NCBI GenBank assembly: GCA_040289515.1
Contig: PSLI01000031.1
Span: forward strand, 1 to 25,626
Direction of reading: 5' to 3'
Length of the DNA: 25,626 bases
Source of the DNA: Candidatus Sysuimicrobiota bacterium
Lineage (GTDB): Bacteria; Sysuimicrobiota; Sysuimicrobiia; Sysuimicrobiales; Sysuimicrobiaceae
In this document: positions 19,063 through 25,626 of the stretch, one piece after another
Numbering within the stretch: the stretch's first letter is position 1
Layout of the letters: every line of letters starts with the position of its first letter
Notes under the pieces: generated by a model
The model's input: the letters and a program-made list of their open reading frames with translations, nothing else
The model's database searches: none
Told to the model about the DNA's origin: nothing
Program-made: the position numbers and the translations under genes

Positions 19063-19959
19063 GTGAGCACGCTCCTCGTCATCGGGGTGGACGGACTGGT
19101 GTTCGCCTCGTGGCTGTTTTTGGTGTCCGTGGGCCTGTCCCTCATCTACGGGGTCCTGCGGATCCTCAACGTGGCCCACGGCAGCCTGTTCGCGGTGGGC
19201 GCGTATGCGGGCGCCAGCCTGGTGGTGGCCTACACCCAGGGCGGGCTCTGGCCGCCCGGGACCTTCCTGATGCTCCTGGCCGCCGCCTTGGCATCCGGCC
19301 TCCTGTTGGGACCGGCCATGGAACGGGGGGTTCTGTGGTGGACCTACGGGAGGGAGCCGGTGCTGCAGCTGCTGGTGACCTTCTCGGTGTTTTTGATCCT
19401 GGAGGACGCCACCAAGCTCGTGTGGGGCGTGAGCCCCTACTATGCGTACCAGCCCTACCAGCTCCTCGGCCAGGTGCGGGTGGGTGGGGTCGACTACCCC
19501 GCTTACAGCTTCCTGTTGCTGGCGGTGGCCGCGGCGTCCGGCGGAGGCCTGTGGTGGCTCATCCGGCGCACCCGCTTCGGACGGGTGGTGGTGGCCGTGA
19601 TCCACGACCCGGAGATGAGTGTGGCCCTGGGTGTGAACTTGTCCCGGGTGTACGTGGCCACCTTCGCCCTGGGTGCGGTGCTGGCAGCGCTGGGGGGCGC
19701 CTTCACCGCCCCTATGATCTCCGTGGTGCCCGGCATCGGCGTGGAGGTCATCGTCCTGGCCTTCGCGGTGGTGGTGGTGGGAGGCCTGGGGAGCTTGGAG
19801 GGGGCTGCCGTGGGGGCGCTCCTGATCGGCCTGGTGCGGGCCGCAGCGGTGCACCTGCTCCCCGTGCTGGAGCTGTTCACCATCTACCTGGTCATGGCCG
19901 CGGTCCTTTTGGTCCGCCCCATGGGCCTGTTCGGCCGCGTGGAGGCGCGCCGGATATGA
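19063..19959 (+). CDS. LivH-like ABC permease, 298 aa
   Basis: GLSLIYGVLRILNVAHG, TRFGR......D.EM..ALGVN, AF.VVVVGGLGS..GA, VRPMGLFG; multi-TM. Confidence 0.92.
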   Translation: MSTLLVIGVDGLVFASWLFLVSVGLSLIYGVLRILNVAHGSLFAVGAYAGASLVVAYTQGGLWPPGTFLMLLAAALASGLLLGPAMERGVLWWTYGREPVLQLLVTFSVFLILEDATKLVWGVSPYYAYQPYQLLGQVRVGGVDYPAYSFLLLAVAAASGGGLWWLIRRTRFGRVVVAVIHDPEMSVALGVNLSRVYVATFALGAVLAALGGAFTAPMISVVPGIGVEVIVLAFAVVVVGGLGSLEGAAVGALLIGLVRAAAVHLLPVLELFTIYLVMAAVLLVRPMGLFGRVEARRI

Positions 19960-20900
19960 CGCACCGCACACGGGCGGTGGCGTGGGCGGCCTTGGGGCTG
20001 CTGGCCTTGGCGGGGACTCTGCTGCCGCGGTGGTTGGTGTTCCTCCTGGCCCTGGCGCTGGCGAAGGGTCTTGCGGTGCTTTCGGTGGCGGTGCTGATGG
20101 GGGCGGGTCTTGTGTCCTTCGGACAGGGGCTGTTCTTCGCCGCAGCGGCCTACGCGGCCGGCTTCGCCATGCGCGGCTGGGCACTGCGGGAGGCGCTGCT
20201 GCTGTTGCCCCTGGGAGCGGGTGTGGCGGTGGTGCTGGGAGCCGTGGTGGGGTTGTTGGTGGCCCGCTACCGGGACATCTTCTTCGCCATGCTCACCCTG
20301 GCGCTTTCCATGGTGCTGTACGGGGTGCTCATCAAGGCCTACGCGGTCACCGGGGGCAGCGACGGCATCCGCATTCCCGCCCCCACGGTGCTGGGACTGC
20401 AGCTTTCGGGGGACGATGCCCGGCTCCTGGTGTACTACCTTGCGTTGGCCAGCACCGCCGCCTGTGCATGGGCCGTAAGCCGGTACGGAGCTTCCGGGTT
20501 CGGCTACCTTGCGCAGGCGGTGCGGGACAACGAGGTGCGGGTGGCGTACCTGGGCGCTTCCCCCAACCGCACCGTGTACGCCACGTACCTGCTGTCCGCG
20601 GCCCTGTGTGGCCTGGGTGGGGTGCTTACAGCCCTCAACGTGGGCCACGTGGACCCAGGCCTGTCGTATTGGACCACCAGCGGGGAGCTGGTGTTCGTGG
20701 CGGTGCTGGGAGGTACGGGCAGCGTGCTGGGCCCCCTGGCGGGAGCGGTGGTGTACGAGTTGATTCGCAGCTACGCGTTCAAGTACGCCCCGTACGCGTG
20801 GCAGATGATGCTGGGTGCGGCCATGCTGCTCATCATCCTGTTTATCCCGGGGGGGTTGTGGTCGCCCGTGCAGCGCCTGTGGAGGAGGCAAGCCGCGTGA
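19956..20900 (+). CDS. LivM-like ABC permease, 314 aa
   Basis: ATGA overlap; GLVSFGQ, IFFAMLTLA, TGGSDG, AVRDNE.R..YLG, VLGGTGS..GP. Confidence 0.92.
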   Translation: MTHRTRAVAWAALGLLALAGTLLPRWLVFLLALALAKGLAVLSVAVLMGAGLVSFGQGLFFAAAAYAAGFAMRGWALREALLLLPLGAGVAVVLGAVVGLLVARYRDIFFAMLTLALSMVLYGVLIKAYAVTGGSDGIRIPAPTVLGLQLSGDDARLLVYYLALASTAACAWAVSRYGASGFGYLAQAVRDNEVRVAYLGASPNRTVYATYLLSAALCGLGGVLTALNVGHVDPGLSYWTTSGELVFVAVLGGTGSVLGPLAGAVVYELIRSYAFKYAPYAWQMMLGAAMLLIILFIPGGLWSPVQRLWRRQAA

Positions 20901-21649
20901 GGACCCCCATCCTGGAGGTCGAGGACCTCACCCTGCACTTCGGCAGCATCGCTGCCGCGGAACGGGTGACGGTGCTGGTATACCCCGGGGAGCGGGTGGG
21001 CATCGTGGGACCCAACGGCGCGGGCAAGACCACGTTCCTGAACCTGATTACCGGCTATCTGCGGCCCGAGCGCGGAGCCGTGCGGTTCTGGGGTCAGGAG
21101 GTGGTGGGGCTGCAGCCGCACCAGGTCACGGCTCTGGGCGTGGGACGGTCGTTCCAGATCCCGCAGCTGTTCTTAACCCTCACGGTACGGGAGAACGTCC
21201 TGGTGGCGCTGGCCATCCGGGAGCGGCGCGGCTGGACGTCCTTCTGGAAGCCTCTGCACGAGGCAAGCCGGGTCCAGGTGGCGGACGAAGTCCTGCTGCA
21301 GTTCGGCCTGCTGGGCCAGGCGGATCGTCCCGCGGGTGAGCTGCCCGAAGGCGGGCGCAAGCTGCTGGACGTGGCCATGGCCTTTGCCCTGCGGCCCCGC
21401 CTGCTGCTCATGGACGAGCCCACCAGCGGGGTAAGCGCCCAGGAGAAGTTCCGGGTGATGGACACCCTGGTGGCGGCCCTGCAGGAGGCGGGGGTGACGT
21501 CTTTGTTCGTGGAGCACGACATGGAGGTGGTGCGGCGGTACGCCACCCGGGTGCTGGTGCTGCACAACGGCCGGATCCTGGCGGACGGCGTGCCCGGGGA
21601 GGTGCTGGACGACCCCGAGATCCGGCTGGCGGTGACAGGGAGGCGGTAG
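20897..21649 (+). CDS. LivG-like ABC ATPase, 250 aa
   Basis: GTGA overlap; GPNGAGKTT, GRSFQ, LLMDEPTSG, VEHDM. Confidence 0.93.
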   Translation: MRTPILEVEDLTLHFGSIAAAERVTVLVYPGERVGIVGPNGAGKTTFLNLITGYLRPERGAVRFWGQEVVGLQPHQVTALGVGRSFQIPQLFLTLTVRENVLVALAIRERRGWTSFWKPLHEASRVQVADEVLLQFGLLGQADRPAGELPEGGRKLLDVAMAFALRPRLLLMDEPTSGVSAQEKFRVMDTLVAALQEAGVTSLFVEHDMEVVRRYATRVLVLHNGRILADGVPGEVLDDPEIRLAVTGRR

Positions 21650-21650
21650 G

Positions 21651-22301
21651 GTGCTCCGGGTGGAGGACGTGCACGTGGCGGTGCGCGGCATCACCATCCT
21701 CCGGGGCGTCAGCCTCGAAGTTCCCGGCGGGACCGTGGTGGGCCTGGTGGGCCGCAACGGTGCGGGAAAGACCACCACGTTGCGGACGGTGATGGGCCTG
21801 ATGCCCCTGACCCGCGGCCGCCTGCAGTACGACGGGCTGGATCTGGCGCACGTACCCGCGCACCAGCGTGCAGCCCTGGGCATCGGGTACATGCCGGAAG
21901 ATCGGCGGCTGATTCCGTCCCTCACGGTGCAGGAGAACCTTCTGCTGCCGGTGTGGGTGAACGACTTTTCGGACGATTCCGCCCGGCTGGAGCAGGTGTA
22001 CGGGTGGATGCCGGGGCTGGTGGCCCTGGCCCAGCGGCCCGCGGGTCAGCTCAGCGGCGGCCAGCAGAAGTTGGTAGCCCTGGGCCGGGCCCTGGTGGTG
22101 GGGACGCGGCTGGTGCTTCTGGACGAACCCTTCGAGGGGCTGGCCCCCGCCCTCGCGGACCAGATCAGCGACGCCCTGCGGGAGGCCGTGCGGCAGGGCC
22201 GGGCGGTCCTGGTGGCGGAGTCCGAACACCATCGGGTGGAGGCTTTGGCGGATCGGGTGTACGTGATCGAGCGCGGCGAGATCCAACAAAGCGGGAGGTG
22301 A
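21651..22301 (+). CDS. LivF-like ABC ATPase, 216 aa
   Basis: GRNGAGKTT, GYMPEDRR, LSGGQQ, LLDEPFEGLAP. Confidence 0.92.
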   Translation: MLRVEDVHVAVRGITILRGVSLEVPGGTVVGLVGRNGAGKTTTLRTVMGLMPLTRGRLQYDGLDLAHVPAHQRAALGIGYMPEDRRLIPSLTVQENLLLPVWVNDFSDDSARLEQVYGWMPGLVALAQRPAGQLSGGQQKLVALGRALVVGTRLVLLDEPFEGLAPALADQISDALREAVRQGRAVLVAESEHHRVEALADRVYVIERGEIQQSGR

Positions 22302-22306
22302 GAAAA

Positions 22307-23249
22307 ATGCGTAAACTCGTCCGTCCCACCGTGATCCTTCTGGCCGGCGTGACCGTTGGGCGGAGTACTCGGCTACGCCTATGCTCAGGCGTGGTTCCCG
22401 CCGAGGTACGGGGCCAAAGACCAGCGGAGTGCCCTCAACGAGGTCACCGCCACCAAGGTACGGCAAGCAGCGGCGCTCATCACGCGGGGCAAAGCATACG
22501 GCCTCCAGATGGCGCTGGAGCCGGGCAAGCCCGCGTTCCCGCCTCGCTACTTCCAATTTCTCCTGATCTACAACAACGTGTATAACAAGCTCGGGGACAA
22601 CGACTTCCGTTGGTCGGACGAGATCATCTCCGGGTACCTGGGCACCTTCACTCAGGTAGACTGCCTGGGGCACGCGGGGATCGGGGAGCGCTTCTACGGC
22701 GGTCGGCACTGGCGGGACATTGCAACCCCAAAGGGGTTGAAGGAAATCGGCTGCGAGAAACTACCTCCCGTCATCACGCGCGGGATCCTGTTGGACATCG
22801 CGGGGCTCAAGGGGGTCAAGGTGCTACCGGACGACTATGCCATCGCGGTCGCGGACATCGAGGAAGCCCTGCGCCAGGGCAACCTGCGCATCGATGCGGG
22901 AGACGTGGTGATTTTCCATACCGGTTGGATGAACTACTTCTTCACCGAGCCGAAGCGTTGGATCAGCCGGGAGCCCGGTCTGGTGCTGGAGACGGCCCGG
23001 TGGCTGGCGCGGCGTCGCCCTGCCGCGGTGGGCGCGGACACGTGGGGCATCGATCTGTGGCCCACCAAGGACGGCAGCGCCTTCGCGCCGCACCAGGAAC
23101 TCATCACCAACAACGGCATTCTGCTCCTGGAGAACGTGGTCACGGGGGAGCTGGTGCGGGACCGCGTGTACGAGTTCGCTTTCGTGCTGAGTTTCCTGAA
23201 GGTCAAGGGGGCAGGACAATCCTGGGCTACCTTCGTGGCCGTGCGATCG
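22307..23249 (+). pseudogene. Secreted cyclase-family (kynurenine formamidase-like) metal-dependent hydrolase, frameshifted and lacking its stop codon
   Basis: GGAGGTG RBS, ATG 22307; one extra G at 22358-22360 breaks the signal peptide; TQVDCLGH, ITRGILLDIA, GDVVIFHTGW, EPG, AVGADTW, H..L....GI..LEN; the family-type end FVAVR is followed by TCG (23247-23249) rather than a stop. Confidence 0.8.
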
Positions 23250-23345
23250 CGACCCGCGAGGGGTTCGGCTTCGCATGTTGCCGGAGGTGCCCGGTATAGA
23301 GGCGTCGGGGGCGTGCAGGTGAGACCCAAGAAGGAGGGAGGCCCC

Positions 23346-24772
23346 GTGTGGCATGCGCAATTGTGGATCGGCGGCGAGTGGGTGGAAGGCGGATCCCCCA
23401 TCGAGGTGCGCAACAAGTACTCGGGCGAGGTGGTCGGCACCGTCCCGGAGGGCGCCGAGAGGAAGTGGAGGCGGCCGTGGCAGCCGCCCGGCAGGCCTCG
23501 CAGGTCATGGCGGATCTGCCGGCGCACCGGCGGGGCGAGATCCTCCGGCGGGCTGCCCAGCGCATCCGGGAGCGGAAGGAGGAGCTCGCCCGCACCATCG
23601 CCGCGGAGGCCGGGAAGGCCCTGAAGTACGCGCGGGGGGAGGTGGACCGGGCGGTGACCACCTTCACCGTAGCCGCGGAGGAGGCCAAGCGCATCCACGG
23701 GGAGACCGTTCCCATGGACGCGGTGCCCGCGGGCGAGGGCTACTTCGGGTTCTGGGTCCGCCGGCCGGTGGGGGTGGTGGCGGCCGTCACCCCCTTCAAC
23801 TTCCCGCTGAACCTGGTGGCCCACAAGGTGGCTCCCGCCCTGGCAGCAGGCAACGCGGTGGTCCTCAAGCCCGCCACCGCTACCCCCCTGACCGCGGTGA
23901 AGCTGTCCCAGGTTCTGGAGGAAGCGGGGCTGCCCCGCGGAGCTCTGAACCTGGTGGTGGGACCGGGGGGCACGGTGGGGGAGTGGTTGGCCTCCCACCC
24001 GCAGGTGGCCAAGGTGAGCTTCACGGGCAGCCCTCCCGTGGGGCGGCGCATCACGGAGATCGCGGGCATCAAGAAGGTCACCCTGGAGCTTGGCAACAGC
24101 TCGCCCGTCATCGTGGCCCCTGATGCGGACCTGGAGTTCGTGGCCCGGCGGTGCGCGGTGGGGGCGTACTACAACGCCGGGCAGGTGTGCATCTCCGTGC
24201 AGCGCATCTACACCGCGGGAAACGCCTACGAGCCCTTCCTGGATCGGTTCGTGCGGGCCAGCGAGGAGATGGTGGTGGGCGACCCCCTGGACGAGCGGGT
24301 GGACGTGGAGCCCCTGATCGACGAGCGGGAAGCGCGGCGCATCGAGGCGTGGGTGGAGGAGGCCCTCGCGGGCGGTGCCCAGGTGCTAACGGGCCACCGG
24401 CGCTCCGGCGCCGTGCACCGGCCCACGGTCCGCACGGACGTCACGCCGGAGATGAAGGTGGTGGCCCAGGAAGCCTTCGCCCCCGTGGCCTCCGTCATCG
24501 CGTGCGAGGACTTCGACCGGGCCCTGGAGCAGGCCAACGCCACCGAGTACGGCCTGCAGGCGGCGGTGTTCACCCGGAACCTGGACTGGGTGTTCCGGGC
24601 CCTGCGGTGGCTGGACTTTGGCGGCGTGATCGTGAACGACACCCCCGCCTTCCGCGCGGACCACATGCCGTACGGCGGCATGAGGGGCAGCGGCCTGGGG
24701 CGGGAGGGCGTGCGTTACGCCATCGAGGAGATGACCCACATCCAGAGGGTGGCCATCCGGCTGGGCGCGTGA
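23346..24772 (+). pseudogene. Aldehyde dehydrogenase family protein with a single-base frameshift near 23454
   Basis: AAGGAGGGAGG RBS, GTG; N-terminus WIGGEWV..IEVRNKYSGEVVG in one frame, REEVEAAV...TPFNFP, FTGS, LELG, NAGQVCIS, EAFAP, MPYGG..SGLGREG in another; span of 1427 nt is one short of a whole number of codons. Confidence 0.8.
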
Positions 24773-24792
24773 TGGCGCGCGGTGAGGACTGA

Positions 24793-25626
24793 ATGCGGAC
24801 CCTGGCCGCGGTGCTGTACGAGATGGGCTCACCGCGCCCGTATGCGGAGCACCGTCCCCTGCAGGTGCGGGAGGTGGAGCTACGGCCTCCGGAAGCGGGG
24901 GAGGTCCTGGTGGAGGTGGTGGCCGCGGGTCTGTGCCACTCGGACCTCTCGGTCATCGACGGCTCCCGGCCCCGGGTCATGCCCATGGTGCTGGGCCATG
25001 AGGCCGCAGGGGTCGTGCGAGCGGTGGGCCCCGCTGTCACGGAGGTAGCACCCGGGGACCTTGTGGTGTTCTCCTTCGTCCCCTGCTGCGGCCGGTGCCG
25101 CTTCTGTGCCGTAGGACGGCCCGCGCTGTGCGAGCGGGGGAACGCCGCCAACGCCCGCGGGTGTCTACTGGACGGCTCGTGTCATTTCCACGACGGCCAG
25201 CATGCGCTGCACCACCATCTGGGTGTGTCCGCCTTTTCCCGCTGGACCGTGGCGGCGCAGGAATCCCTCGTGCGCGTGCCGAACGGTGTCCCCCTGAAGG
25301 TGGCTGCGTTGTTCGGCTGCGCGGTCCTCACGGGCGTGGGGGCGGTTCTGAACACGGCCGGGGTGCCCGCGGGCACGAGCGTGGCGGTGTTTGGGCTGGG
25401 CGGGGTAGGGCTGAGCGCGGTCATGGGGGCGCGGGTGTGCGGCGCTCACCCCATCGTGGCGGTGGACGTGGTGCCGTGGAAGTTGCAGCTGGCGCGGGAG
25501 CTGGGTGCTACCCACACAGTGGACGCCCGCCAGCCAGACCTCGTGGAGGCGGTGCGGGACGCTACCGGGGGCGGGGCGGAGTTCGCGTTCGAGTGCGCGG
25601 GCAGCGAGCAGGTTTTGCGGCAGGGG
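24793..25626 (+). CDS. Zn-dependent alcohol dehydrogenase (class III-like MDR), 3' end outside window
   Basis: Read manually (absent from the ORF track): MRTLAAVL..., GLCHSD, LGHEAAG, structural Zn CGRCRFC.......C, FGCAVLTG, VFGLGGVG; GGTGAGG RBS. Confidence 0.93.
   Translation, partial: MRTLAAVLYEMGSPRPYAEHRPLQVREVELRPPEAGEVLVEVVAAGLCHSDLSVIDGSRPRVMPMVLGHEAAGVVRAVGPAVTEVAPGDLVVFSFVPCCGRCRFCAVGRPALCERGNAANARGCLLDGSCHFHDGQHALHHHLGVSAFSRWTVAAQESLVRVPNGVPLKVAALFGCAVLTGVGAVLNTAGVPAGTSVAVFGLGGVGLSAVMGARVCGAHPIVAVDVVPWKLQLARELGATHTVDARQPDLVEAVRDATGGGAEFAFECAGSEQVLRQG

Noticed and set aside
24772..24792. Six-codon micro-ORF MARGED bridging the ALDH stop and the ADH start
   Set aside because: Too short to support; ADH has its own RBS within this stretch.

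Overview
GC-rich bacterial chromosomal window with no mobile element, CRISPR array or RNA gene that I can support. Left half (1-12 kb) is a housekeeping run typical of Terrabacteria: 3' end of rel, fabI, dtd, hisS, aspS and rarA. It is interspersed with accessory genes: a decayed, internally deleted PLP aminotransferase; a 59-aa ORF translationally coupled to an amidase-signature enzyme; an AT-richer hypothetical gene; a divergent nucleotidyltransferase; and a second amidase. Right half (12-25.6 kb) is accessory: a stand-alone protoglobin with its own promoter and a perfect 32-bp palindromic terminator, mmsA, a small TM plus heptad-repeat remnant, and a PucR-family regulator divergent from a catabolic operon (two LivJ-like binding proteins, LivHMGF-type ABC transporter, frameshifted secreted cyclase-family hydrolase, frameshifted aldehyde dehydrogenase, Zn alcohol dehydrogenase running off the end). 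The most notable candidate system is the first binding protein of that operon: it appears leaderless and has no export signal, suggesting a cytoplasmic AmiC-like ligand sensor paired with the PucR regulator. Family assignments are from motif recognition only; no searches were run.
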